NCBI GenBank assembly: GCA_038851755.1 | Contig: JAWCKR010000006.1 | Span: 11,350 to 75,349 of the forward strand | Length of the DNA stretch: 64,000 nucleotides | Origin: Candidatus Hadarchaeales archaeon | GTDB lineage: Archaea; Hadarchaeota; Hadarchaeia; Hadarchaeales; WYZ-LMO6 | Reading direction: 5' to 3' | Notes under the pieces: model-generated | Database searches by the model: none | The model's input: only the letters and a program-made list of their open reading frames with translations | Told to the model about the DNA's origin: nothing | In this document: piece after piece, positions 56,210-64,000 of the stretch | How positions within the stretch are numbered: the first letter of the stretch is position 1 | Layout: every line of letters starts with the position of its first letter | Translations under genes and position numbers: made by a program

Positions 56210-57397
56210 ATGGAAGAGGTTTTCAGGCTGGACAGGGAGTACCTGGCCCAGGCCTACAAGCGACTGCCCGTGGCCTTCGTGAGGGGGAAGGGGATGTTCC
56301 TCTGGGACCTGAGGGGGAAGAGGTACCTGGACTTCGTGGCGGGAGTGGCCGTGAGCGTGCTCGGACACGCCGATCCAGAGCTCTGCAGGGCCGTTTCCTG
56401 GCAGGCGGGGAGACTCATTCACATGACCAACCTGGTGCACATAAAGGAGCAGGCGGAGCTGGGCAAGGAGCTGGCCGGCATAGCCCCCGGGAGGGTGGGG
56501 AAGTTCTTCTTTTCCAACTCGGGGGCGGAGAGCGTGGAGACGGCCCTCAAGCTCTCAGTGAAGCACACGGGGAGGAGGAAAATCGTGGTCATGGAGAACT
56601 CCTTCCACGGCAGGACGCTGGGAGCGCTTTCCGCCACCTGGAAGCCCTCCTACCGGGAGCCCTTCAGATCCCTCCTCCTGCCGAACTTTCAGTTCATCCC
56701 CTTCAACGACCTCCCCTCGGCGGAGAAAGCCGTGGACGGGGAAACGGCCGCGGTGATGGTGGAGCCCATCCAGGGGGAAGGGGGGGTGAGGGTGGCCTCA
56801 CCGGAGTTCCTGAGGGGCCTGAAGGAACTCTGCGAGAAGAGGGGTGCCCTCCTCATCCTGGACGAGGTGCAGACGGGGATGGGGAGGACGGGAAGGTGGT
56901 TCGCGTGCGAGCACTGGGGGGTGGAGCCGGATGTGGTCACGCTGGCCAAGGGCCTGGCGGGAGGAGTCCCCATAGGGTGCACGGGGGCCAGGCCTGAGGT
57001 GATGGACAGCTTCCAGCCTGGTGACCACGGGGCCACGTTCGGGGGGAATCCCCTAGCCTGCACCGCCGCGCTGGCGGTGATAAGGGCCCTGAAGAAGAGG
57101 AAGCTGGTGAGGAGGGCGGAGAGGATGGGGGAGTACTTCATGAGGGGCCTGAAGGAGCTGGAGGAGGACCACCCGTGCGTGAGGGAGGTGAGGGGAAAGG
57201 GGCTCATGCTGGGGATGGAGCTGGACAAGGGGGAAAGGGCGGAGGAGGTGGTGAGGGGTGCCCTGGAGGAGGGCTTCCTGATCAACGCTACGGCGGGGAA
57301 CGTCCTCAGGTTCCTTCCTCCCCTCATCGTGGAGGAGCCCCACGTGGATGCTTTAATCTCCACCCTGGATGAACTCCTGAGGAGGACGGGAGGATGA
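56210..57397 (+). CDS. argD: acetylornithine aminotransferase (class III PLP)
   Basis: It has LILDEVQTGMGRTG with the PLP lysine context. Confidence 0.9.
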   Translation: MEEVFRLDREYLAQAYKRLPVAFVRGKGMFLWDLRGKRYLDFVAGVAVSVLGHADPELCRAVSWQAGRLIHMTNLVHIKEQAELGKELAGIAPGRVGKFFFSNSGAESVETALKLSVKHTGRRKIVVMENSFHGRTLGALSATWKPSYREPFRSLLLPNFQFIPFNDLPSAEKAVDGETAAVMVEPIQGEGGVRVASPEFLRGLKELCEKRGALLILDEVQTGMGRTGRWFACEHWGVEPDVVTLAKGLAGGVPIGCTGARPEVMDSFQPGDHGATFGGNPLACTAALAVIRALKKRKLVRRAERMGEYFMRGLKELEEDHPCVREVRGKGLMLGMELDKGERAEEVVRGALEEGFLINATAGNVLRFLPPLIVEEPHVDALISTLDELLRRTGG

Positions 57398-58332
57398 AGA
57401 AGGATCTGCTGGGAATGGAGGACCTCAACAGGAAGGAGGTGGAGGAGCTCCTGAGGCTGGCCCTCAGGTACAAGAGGGAGAGGGGCAAGAGGTCCTCCTC
57501 CGAGCTGAGGGGAAAGACCGTGGCCATGATCTTTGAGAAGCCCTCCACCAGGACCAGGGTCTCCTTCGAGGTGGCCGTGCACGAGATGGGTGGCAAGCCC
57601 CTCTTCCTGAGTTCCCAAGAGCTGCAGCTCAGCAGGGGGGAGACGGTGGCGGATACCGCCAGGACCCTCAGCCGTTACGTGCACGGCATCGTGGCCAGGG
57701 TCTCCTCCCACGAGAACCTGGTGGAGCTGGCCAGGCACAGCACCGTCCCCGTGATCAACGCCCTCAGCCCCCTCCAGCATCCCTGCCAGACCCTGGCCGA
57801 CCTGCTGACCATGCAGGAGCACAAGGGAAGCCTGAAGGGTCTGAGGGTGGCCTGGGTGGGTGACGGGAACAATGTTTGTACCTCCCTGATGCTTGGGTGC
57901 GCCACCGTGGGCAGCCACTTCCGCGCCGCCATCCCACCGGGCTATGAGCCGCCCGGGGAGCTGGTGAGGCTGGCCAGGCAGAGGGCGGGGGAGAGCGGTG
58001 GGACCGTGGAGATAGGGCACGATCCCGAGGAGGTGGTCTCGGGGGCGGAGGTGGTGTACACCGATGTCTTCGTCTCCATGGGGAAGGAGGAGGAGAGGGA
58101 GAGGAGGAAGAGGGACTTCCAGGGCTTCCAGGTGACCTCCAGGCTCCTGTCCCTGGCCGGGAAAGAGGTAATTTTCATGCACTGTTTGCCCGCCCACCGG
58201 GGAGAGGAGGTCACCGACGAGGTCATAGACGGACCGCACTCCGTGGTCTTCGACCAGGCGGAGAACAGGCTCCACACCCAGAAAGCCGTGCTCTTCAAAC
58301 TTCTCTCAGGTCGAGCCCGATCATCCCCTTGA
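57394..58332 (+). CDS. argF: ornithine carbamoyltransferase
   Basis: It has the STRTR motif, HCLP and the ornithine-binding DxxxSMG. Confidence 0.9.
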   Translation: MKKDLLGMEDLNRKEVEELLRLALRYKRERGKRSSSELRGKTVAMIFEKPSTRTRVSFEVAVHEMGGKPLFLSSQELQLSRGETVADTARTLSRYVHGIVARVSSHENLVELARHSTVPVINALSPLQHPCQTLADLLTMQEHKGSLKGLRVAWVGDGNNVCTSLMLGCATVGSHFRAAIPPGYEPPGELVRLARQRAGESGGTVEIGHDPEEVVSGAEVVYTDVFVSMGKEEERERRKRDFQGFQVTSRLLSLAGKEVIFMHCLPAHRGEEVTDEVIDGPHSVVFDQAENRLHTQKAVLFKLLSGRARSSP

Positions 58333-59488
58333 GGGCCATCCTGGTCAGGGCCCTCGGACCCAGGGAGGTCAGGAGCCTGGGCAGGTTGGAGAGGAGGGGC
58401 TCCAGCAGGGTGAGGTGGTGGTCGAAGTCCGCCTTCCTCAGGAGTTCCTCCTTGAGCCTCGGTTCGCTCAGGCACCTCACCAGCGAGTCCAGTTCCTCGT
58501 CCGAGAGGGTGAGCAGGAGTTCCCTCGCCCTCCTCCCGACCATGAGTTCCCTCCCGAAACTCCTCTCCACCTCCTTGGGGTAGAGCTTCAGCAACTTGGG
58601 GTCTCCCTTCTCCAGGGAGAGGGAGAGGACCTCCGAGGCTTTGAGGGCACAGGAAAGACCCAGGTAGAGTCCACCTCCCGTGAGAGGTTTGACCTGACAG
58701 GCGGCATCGCCCACCAGAAGGACGGAACCCCTGACGAGGCGCTTGGGGGGGTCGTAGGGGATGAGGCCGAACGAGAGTTTTCCCGGCTCCCCCTTCAGAC
58801 GCGGGGAGAGGAGCCTGAGGAGGGCTCGCAGCCCCTTGCCCGGATCCCCCTTGAGGGTACCCATCCCTATCCTGACCACTTCCCCCGCCGGAACCGCCCA
58901 CCCGAACAGCCCCACGCTGGAACTCCCCAGGTAGACCTCCGCCGTGTCGGGCTCTACCTCCGCCTTCACCTCCACCTGCACGCACCTGATGAACCTTCTC
59001 CTGCCCATCATCCCGCTCTTCCTGGCGACCGTGGAGGTGGGACCGTCAGCCCCCACCAGCGCCCGAGTCCTCACCTCGCCCTCCCTCCCCCCGGTTAAGC
59101 TCACCAGGGGGCTCCTGTCCCTCTTCACTTCCACACAGCGCGTCTGGAGCGTGAGTTCGGCCCCCGCCTCAGATGCCAGCTCGCCCAGGTGCCTGTCGAA
59201 GGCAGCACGGTCCAGCACCAGAGCCTCCGTTCTTCCCCTCTCCAGCTCCAGCACCTCTCCGCTGGGGGAGAAAATCAGGCCCCTCCTGAGTTTGTTGAGG
59301 GCGAACCTCTCCGCCTTGAGTCCCAGCTCCTTCATTCCCCCCACCCCCACCACCCCCGCGCAGGACACGGGCTTCCCTATCTGCCCATGTTCCTCCACCA
59401 GAAGCACCTCGAACCCTTTCCTGGCCACCTTCTCGGCCAAGAAGCAGCCTGAGGGGCCTCCTCCCACCACCACCAGGTCCGTCCTCAT
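58295..59488 (-). CDS. digeranylgeranylglycerophospholipid (geranylgeranyl) reductase, FAD-dependent
   Basis: It has the FAD motif DLVVVGGGPSG and is of GGR-family length. Confidence 0.8.
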   Translation of the reverse strand: MRTDLVVVGGGPSGCFLAEKVARKGFEVLLVEEHGQIGKPVSCAGVVGVGGMKELGLKAERFALNKLRRGLIFSPSGEVLELERGRTEALVLDRAAFDRHLGELASEAGAELTLQTRCVEVKRDRSPLVSLTGGREGEVRTRALVGADGPTSTVARKSGMMGRRRFIRCVQVEVKAEVEPDTAEVYLGSSSVGLFGWAVPAGEVVRIGMGTLKGDPGKGLRALLRLLSPRLKGEPGKLSFGLIPYDPPKRLVRGSVLLVGDAACQVKPLTGGGLYLGLSCALKASEVLSLSLEKGDPKLLKLYPKEVERSFGRELMVGRRARELLLTLSDEELDSLVRCLSEPRLKEELLRKADFDHHLTLLEPLLSNLPRLLTSLGPRALTRMALKGMIGLDLREV

Positions 59489-59570
59489 CCCACCATCCTA
59501 CCACTTTCTCACCCCAAACCTTAAGAGAGGCTCGGAAAGAGGGAAGGATGTGATAGGCACCATCTTTTAC

Positions 59571-59912
59571 ATGGTGGCCGGTGTGCTGGCCCTCCTCCTG
59601 CCTGGTTTGTTGCTGAGCCTGGTGGCTTATCCCCGGAAGGAACAGCTTGACCTGTCATCCAGGCTGGCGATGAGCTTCGGGCTGGGAATCCTCCTCGTTT
59701 TGTATTTGGGTTTTTTCCTGGCCAAGGCGAACCTCCTCTCCGCCTCCCCCTTCTTCCTCTCCCTTCTCCTCATGTGCGCGGGGCTGTTCGCTCTGGCCTT
59801 CCTGAGGGGTGCTTATCCCCTCTCCTCTGTCAGGAGGCTCCTCGAGAGACCGAGGAAGGAAGCGGTGGACCGGGTGCAGGGGGAGGGATCGACCGGAGCA
59901 GGGGGGAGCTGA
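59571..59912 (+). CDS. small membrane protein, hypothetical (113 aa)
   Basis: ATG at 59571 with two to three hydrophobic helices. The ORF-track upstream part is an artefact antisense to the reductase. Confidence 0.35.
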   Translation: MVAGVLALLLPGLLLSLVAYPRKEQLDLSSRLAMSFGLGILLVLYLGFFLAKANLLSASPFFLSLLLMCAGLFALAFLRGAYPLSSVRRLLERPRKEAVDRVQGEGSTGAGGS

Positions 59913-60091
59913 TGGCGGGGATACCCGAGAACTACCGGAGCTACCTCATCTACCAGGTCCTGCAGACCACCAGGTTTTCCAAGTTCTTGAGGGAGAGGTA
60001 CGGCCTGACGGTGGAAGATTACGAGGGGATGGAGGAGGGCAAGAGGAAGGAAATCTGGGAGGAGTTCCTCAGGTACTGCGGTAAGAAGTGA
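59912..60091 (+). CDS. small soluble hypothetical protein (59 aa), translationally coupled to the upstream membrane protein
   Basis: The sequence is MAGIPENYRSYLIYQVLQTTRFSKFLRERYGLTVEDYEGMEEGKRKEIWEEFLRYCGKK. Its start overlaps the upstream stop. Confidence 0.35.
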   Translation: MAGIPENYRSYLIYQVLQTTRFSKFLRERYGLTVEDYEGMEEGKRKEIWEEFLRYCGKK

Positions 60092-60109
60092 CCTCCCGGG
60101 GGGAAGGGG

Positions 60110-61054
60110 ATGAGGAAGAGGGTGATTCTGGACATGGACCCCGGGATAGACGACGCCCTAACCCTTCTCCTGGCCCTGCGCTCTCCCGAGCTGGAGGTGA
60201 GGGCCGTCACCGCGGTGGCCGGAAACGTGGAGGTGGAGAAGACCACACGTAATGCCTTGAGGGTGCTGGAGTTCCTGGGTCTGAAGTCCCCTCCCGTGGC
60301 CATGGGCTGTTCCAAACCCCTCTTCCGGGAGCTCTACACGGCCAAGCATGTGCACGGGGAGGACGGGCTGGGGGGCCTCCCCCTTCCCGAGCCCAGGCTC
60401 AGCCCCCTGTCCAGGCACGCCGTGGAGGTGATGGCGGAGGAAGTGGAGGAGAACAGGGGAAGGATAACGCTGGTGTGCACCGGGCCCCTCACCAACCTCG
60501 CCTCGGCCGTGCGAAGCCATCCGGATGTCATGCGCAGGGTGGAGGAAGTGGTGGTGATGGGTGGAGCCTATGGTTTCTCGCCCAGCGGGTGCGGGAACGT
60601 CACTCCCGTGGCGGAGTACAACTTCTACGTGGATCCCGAGGCGGCGGAGGTGGTCCTCGGGTCAGGTCTCCCCCTCCTCTTGGTGGGCCTGGATGTTACC
60701 ATGAGACCCGAAGCCATGCTCTCCAAGAGGGACTACGGAAGGCTGAAGAAGGGCGAAACGAGGGAGGCCAAACTGGCGGCTGAACTCCTCAGGCCTTTGA
60801 TGGAGAGGTTCGGCAGGGTGGCCCTCCACGATCCCATGGCCCTGGTCGCCCTGCTGAGGCCCAGGCTCTTCAGGGTGGGGAAGCACCGGGTGAGGGTGGA
60901 GACGAGGGGGGAGCTCACGAGGGGCCAGACGGTGGTGGACAGGAGGGGCTTCGTCCTTCCCGGAGAGGAGTGGGAAGGACATGAGGTGAGGATCTGCGAG
61001 GAGGTGGAGGGGAGGGATTTCCTCGGGTTCTTCCTGGAGAGGTTGATGGAGTGA
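60110..61054 (+). CDS. inosine-uridine-preferring nucleoside hydrolase
   Basis: It has the N-terminal aspartate cluster DMDPGIDDALTLLLAL. Confidence 0.85.
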   Translation: MRKRVILDMDPGIDDALTLLLALRSPELEVRAVTAVAGNVEVEKTTRNALRVLEFLGLKSPPVAMGCSKPLFRELYTAKHVHGEDGLGGLPLPEPRLSPLSRHAVEVMAEEVEENRGRITLVCTGPLTNLASAVRSHPDVMRRVEEVVVMGGAYGFSPSGCGNVTPVAEYNFYVDPEAAEVVLGSGLPLLLVGLDVTMRPEAMLSKRDYGRLKKGETREAKLAAELLRPLMERFGRVALHDPMALVALLRPRLFRVGKHRVRVETRGELTRGQTVVDRRGFVLPGEEWEGHEVRICEEVEGRDFLGFFLERLME

Positions 61055-61998
61055 TTCCCAGGATAGTGGTGGTGGGGAGTCTCCATGTGGATCTGCTGTT
61101 GAGGGTGGAGAGGCTGCCCAAACCGGGCGAGACGGTGCTGGGGAAGGAGCTGAGGATGGGGATGGGTGGGAAGGGAGCCAACCAGGCCGTGGCCGCCGCC
61201 AGGCTTGGGGCGAAGGTGTGGATGGTGGGTAGGGTGGGGAAGGACGAGTACGGGAGGAGGATGGTGGAGAACCTGAGGAGGAACGGCGTGGACACCTCCC
61301 ATGTCAGGGAGGACGAGAGGCCCTCGGGGAGGGCCCTCATCCTGGTCGACGGGAGGGGGGAGAACCTCATAGGGGTTTACCCCGGAGCGGACGAGGGATG
61401 CGGCGAGGAGGATGTGGAGAGGGCCAGGGGAATCTTGAGGAAGGCCGACCTGCTCCTCGCCCAGCTGGAGGTTCCCCCTAGGACCGTGGAAAAGGTCCTG
61501 CGAGTGGCGTGGGAGGAAGGAACCAAGACGGTGCTGAACCTCGCACCCTCCAGACCCCTCTCCAAGGCGGCTTGGAGGAGGATAAGCGTGCTCGTGGTCA
61601 ACGAGGGAGAGGCCTCCCAGACGGTGGGGAAGGGAAAGGTGGGGGAGCTGGCGGGGAGACTCCTGAGAAAGGGTCCGGAAGCTGTGATCGTTACCCTTGG
61701 GGGGAGGGGAGCTTACCTGAGGACGGGAGAGAGGGAGAGGAGAGTTGGCGGGGTGAAGGTGAGGGTGAGGGACACCACGGGGGCGGGGGATGCCTTCTGC
61801 GGTGCTTTGGCGGTGGGTTTGGCTTCTGGCAAATCGCTGGAGGAGGCCGTTCTCTGGGCCAACTGCGCCGGGGCTCTGGCCACCACCAGGGTTGGGGCCC
61901 AGGAGGCCCTGCCCTCACGGGAGGAGGTGGACCGCCTTTTCTGGAGGCTGGCTGGTGAAAAATTTAAGGGGGGAGGAAAAGAGGAGTTGGGCCCGTAG
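61051..61998 (+). CDS. rbsK: ribokinase (PfkB family)
   Basis: It has the GG motif (GGKGANQAVAAARLG) and the C-terminal motif DTTGAGDAFCGAL. ATGA couples it to the hydrolase gene. Confidence 0.85.
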   Translation: MIPRIVVVGSLHVDLLLRVERLPKPGETVLGKELRMGMGGKGANQAVAAARLGAKVWMVGRVGKDEYGRRMVENLRRNGVDTSHVREDERPSGRALILVDGRGENLIGVYPGADEGCGEEDVERARGILRKADLLLAQLEVPPRTVEKVLRVAWEEGTKTVLNLAPSRPLSKAAWRRISVLVVNEGEASQTVGKGKVGELAGRLLRKGPEAVIVTLGGRGAYLRTGERERRVGGVKVRVRDTTGAGDAFCGALAVGLASGKSLEEAVLWANCAGALATTRVGAQEALPSREEVDRLFWRLAGEKFKGGGKEELGP

Positions 61999-62063
61999 CT
62001 TAGCATGGTTAGAGCGCTCGGCTGATAACCGGGAGGTCCTGGGTTCAAATCCCAGCGGGCCCA
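61989..62063 (+). tRNA. tRNA-Ile (anticodon GAT)
   Basis: A cloverleaf was built by hand. The acceptor stem is GGGCCCG/CGGGCCC, the D-stem GCTT/GAGC, the anticodon stem CTCGG/CCGGG with loop CTGATAA, and the T-arm CTGGG-TTCAAAT-CCCAG. The discriminator is A and no CCA is encoded. It overlaps the ribokinase stop by 10 nt. Confidence 0.85.
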
Positions 62064-62115
62064 CTATCCTCTTCCTTCCTCACACCCGCTCTGCCTGGGC
62101 CCGCCGGAGCAAGGC

Positions 62116-62340
62116 TCAACCCCTGGTCCACCCGCAGAGGGGACAAACGTATAGACTGTCCTGTTTCTCTTGGGGCAGATAATATACCACGGTGCTGTGG
62201 CATGTTCGACACTTCATACCGGTCAACCTCGCCCTCCCATTTCCCGCAGCCCTTCTCGCAGAGAACCCTGGGATCGTGTTTCTGAACTCCTCTTTCCCCC
62301 CCATAAGCTCCAGGCGGGTCTGGTGAACCCCCCCTATCAT
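62116..62340 (-). CDS. small zinc-ribbon protein, hypothetical
   Basis: The C-terminus has CRTC...CPLCG. A reverse-strand TATA-like TATAAATAAAA lies about 27 bp upstream of the start. Confidence 0.4.
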   Translation of the reverse strand: MIGGVHQTRLELMGGKEEFRNTIPGFSARRAAGNGRARLTGMKCRTCHSTVVYYLPQEKQDSLYVCPLCGWTRG

Positions 62341-62352
62341 CCTCCCCCAACA

Positions 62353-62480
62353 ATCTAGGTCGAAATTTTATTTATACATTAACGAAAGTATATGTGTGTA
62401 TACTAAGGTATACTTCTGTGTACACCTAGTCTGGTACTCAACTTGTATTTGAACTTATAAAACCGCATTCGGTGTTTCAC
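62353..62480. promoter_or_regulatory. AT-rich (about 33% GC) intergenic island carrying a promoter and a twice-repeated GTATAC..TGTGTAC motif
   Basis: Motif copies are GTATATGTGTGTATAC at 62388-62403 and GTATACTTCTGTGTACAC at 62408-62425. The reverse-strand TATA box is at about 62366-62377. Confidence 0.45.
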
Positions 62481-62499
62481 CGCACCTTCCGGTCCTCCC

Positions 62500-63054
62500 T
62501 CATCCAAGGTGAAAGGTTCTGAGGGTCTCGTAAATCGGACCCTTCGGTGTGAGCACACTTTTCTTCAGGTGGATTTCCCTCACCTCCACCCTCCCAAACT
62601 CTTCCTTCCTCCCCCCTTCCACTACCCTGAGGAACCCCCCCCTGTCCTTCACGCTCTTCACCCTGGCGAGCGTGAGGTGGGGGACGAACTCCGTGTCTCT
62701 GGGGAAGCCAAGCCTCCCCAGCTCCCTGTCCACATCCCTCTGCAGGGAGGAGACCCTCTCCCATCCCTCCCCCACCCCGGCCCACACCACCCTCACGTAC
62801 TGGGGGCTGGGGAAGACCCCCGTTCCCTTCACCTCCATCGTGAAGGGGGAAGCCCCCGAGCACCCCCGCCGTAGGGCCTCCTCCACCTCCCCCAGCCTCC
62901 CCTCCTCCACCTCCCCCAGGAACTTCAGGGTGAGGTGCAGGTTCTGGGGCTCCACCAGCTTGAGGGAAGCCCATCCCTGGAGGAGCTTCTGCTGGAACCT
63001 CACCAGCCTCTCCCGTACCTCCTCGCTTATCTCCAAGGCGACGAAGGTCCTCAT
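62500..63054 (-). CDS. thpR: RNA 2',3'-cyclic phosphodiesterase (2'-5' RNA ligase LigT/ThpR)
   Basis: It has the two H-x-T-x motifs, HLTLKFLG and HLTLARV. Confidence 0.85.
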   Translation of the reverse strand: MRTFVALEISEEVRERLVRFQQKLLQGWASLKLVEPQNLHLTLKFLGEVEEGRLGEVEEALRRGCSGASPFTMEVKGTGVFPSPQYVRVVWAGVGEGWERVSSLQRDVDRELGRLGFPRDTEFVPHLTLARVKSVKDRGGFLRVVEGGRKEEFGRVEVREIHLKKSVLTPKGPIYETLRTFHLG

Positions 63055-63063
63055 CCTTCTTCC

Positions 63064-64000
63064 TCAGTAGAAGATCCTGGGAGCAGTTTCCTTCTTCACC
63101 TCGGTACGGGTGCGGGAGAGGAAGGAACGGTAGACTTCTTCTGCCTCAGGGGTAAGGGAGGGTCGGACCTTCTTCATGGTCTCACGGAAGTGCTCCATGG
63201 TGACCTCCTTGGCGTTGATGTCCTTCCTGAGGGCGAGCATGGCGGCCTCCCTGCAGAGGGCGGCAAGGTCGGAGCCGGAGTAGTTCTCCGTCTCCTTGGC
63301 CAGCTGCTCCAGGTTCACATCCTTGGCCAGGGGCATCTTCTTGGTGTGTATCTTCAGGATTTCAAGCCTGGCCTTCTCGTCCGGGGCGGGCACGTAGACC
63401 AGCCTGTCGAACCTTCCTGGACGAAGGAGGGCCGGGTCTATCAGATCCGGTCTGTTGGTGGCCCCTATCACCACCACGTTCTCCAGCTTCTCCAGCCCGT
63501 CCATTTCGGTCAGGAGCTGGCTTATCACCCTCTCCGTGACATGGGCGTCCCCGAAGCCCGATCCCCTCCTGGGCACGAGGGCGTCCAGCTCGTCGAAGAA
63601 GATGACGGCCGGGGAAGCTGTCTTGGCCCTCCTGAAGACCTCCCTCACGCCTTTTTCGGATTCCCCTACCCACTTCGAGTTGTGGAGGAGCATGGGCAGG
63701 TTCCCACCCACGAAGGAGGAGTGTTCCGTCTCCAGGTCGTACATCCACCTGGGGCTCGCACGTCTCTTCCCCTCCACCCTCACCCAGTTCAGGTCCTCCC
63801 CAGCCAGTGTTCTGAGGGTCCGGTAAAGGGAGGATGCCCTGAACTCCGGGGTGGCGTATTTCTCTATGTACTCGAGCATGCGCTGCAACCTTATCCTCCC
63901 GCATCGCTTCCTCCCGCTCACCACCCCCTCGAAGAGTCCCTCGGGGAGTTCCTTGCCGTACCGGAGGTGGAGGGTCTCCTTGGTTCTCTTGAGCAAACCG
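63064..64000 (-). CDS. CDC48/VCP-family AAA ATPase, C-terminal part (D2 C-extein) preceded by the C-terminal portion of an intein; gene continues past the window end
   Basis: The extein from 63064 to 63678 has SKWVGESEK, the Walker B motif VIFFDELD, sensor-1 VVVIGATNRPD, the Arg finger PALLRPGRFDR and a CDC48 C-terminal tail. The upstream segment to 64000 has intein block F (WMYDLETEHSSFV) and block G (LLHN) followed by the +1 Ser. Confidence 0.7.
   Translation of the reverse strand, partial: GLLKRTKETLHLRYGKELPEGLFEGVVSGRKRCGRIRLQRMLEYIEKYATPEFRASSLYRTLRTLAGEDLNWVRVEGKRRASPRWMYDLETEHSSFVGGNLPMLLHNSKWVGESEKGVREVFRRAKTASPAVIFFDELDALVPRRGSGFGDAHVTERVISQLLTEMDGLEKLENVVVIGATNRPDLIDPALLRPGRFDRLVYVPAPDEKARLEILKIHTKKMPLAKDVNLEQLAKETENYSGSDLAALCREAAMLALRKDINAKEVTMEHFRETMKKVRPSLTPEAEEVYRSFLSRTRTEVKKETAPRIFY
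63679..64000 (-). other. intein (C-terminal approx. 107 aa visible) inserted at the D2 P-loop region of the CDC48-like ATPase
   Basis: Block F is YDLETEHSSFVGGN and the C-terminal HN is followed by extein Ser. No Walker A is visible although Walker B and the sensors are present downstream. Confidence 0.55.

Noticed and set aside
59169-59504. 111-aa Gly-rich reverse ORF and the 58944-59570 extension of the membrane protein ORF
   Set aside because: They overlap the geranylgeranyl reductase gene in other frames and have low-complexity G/R/P composition.
63679-63900. A CDC48 D2 domain with a degenerate Walker A (VEGKRRAS in place of GPPGTGKT)
   Set aside because: The segment before SKWVGESEK matches intein blocks F and G ending in HN followed by Ser. 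An intein explains the missing P-loop better than degeneration or a pseudogene does. No alternative frame encodes GPPGTGKT.

Overview
The window is a 64 kb, roughly 62% GC stretch of an archaeal chromosome. Several features point to a hyperthermophilic euryarchaeon, possibly Methanopyrus-like (low confidence): Arg/Glu-rich proteins, an archaeal exosome superoperon, KEOPS subunits Pcc1 and Cgi121, aIF2-beta, RpoP, L37ae, a presenilin homolog, a CDC48 intein and a digeranylgeranylglycerophospholipid reductase. The ORF-track coordinates include the stop codon, and some ORF starts are GTG or TTG translated as M. Many long ORFs antisense to real genes are GC artefacts and were ignored.

Most of the window is core metabolism and information processing:
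- a divergently transcribed feoB and DtxR operon with a DtxR-box-like operator;
- two glycogen-synthase-like glycosyltransferases;
- a NikR/CooC nickel cluster;
- purN-like and purD genes;
- the exosome superoperon: psmA, SBDS, rrp4, rrp41, rrp42, L37ae, rpoP, pcc1 and pfdB;
- a contiguous branched-chain cluster ilvBNCD-leuCDB followed by argH-argG;
- a second arginine cluster argGCJBDF;
- prs, a THUMP-domain tRNA methyltransferase and rnz;
- a nucleoside hydrolase and ribokinase pair;
- tRNA-Ile(GAT);
- the 3' end of a CDC48-family AAA ATPase that carries an intein.

The most unusual locus is at 19.1-21.35 kb. It is a low-GC (about 52%) island encoding a 565-aa TnpB/Cas12f-like RuvC nuclease with an N-terminal C4 zinc finger. 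Downstream lies a cluster of GC-rich hairpins (a candidate omegaRNA/tracr-like scaffold) followed by two 32-bp direct repeats whose first 8 nt, GTTTCAAT, match a frequent CRISPR repeat start, plus one degenerate copy. A membrane-anchored Hjc-like nuclease gene sits next to it. This is a candidate compact RNA-guided nuclease or mini-array system, or a recently mobile IS1341-like element.

Other observations worth checking:
- an HDAC-family gene translationally coupled to a radical SAM gene with CX4CX2C spacing, plus an unannotated ferredoxin;
- a low-GC secreted-protein locus, possibly TasA-like, at 1.6-2.6 kb;
- two argG paralogs;
- leuC with its conserved N-terminus encoded upstream of any canonical start;
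- an N-terminally short L15e;
- an AT-rich island with a repeated GTATAC/TGTGTAC motif near tRNA-Ile;
- unannotated small genes (rpoP, a ferredoxin, a 40-aa Lys-rich protein).
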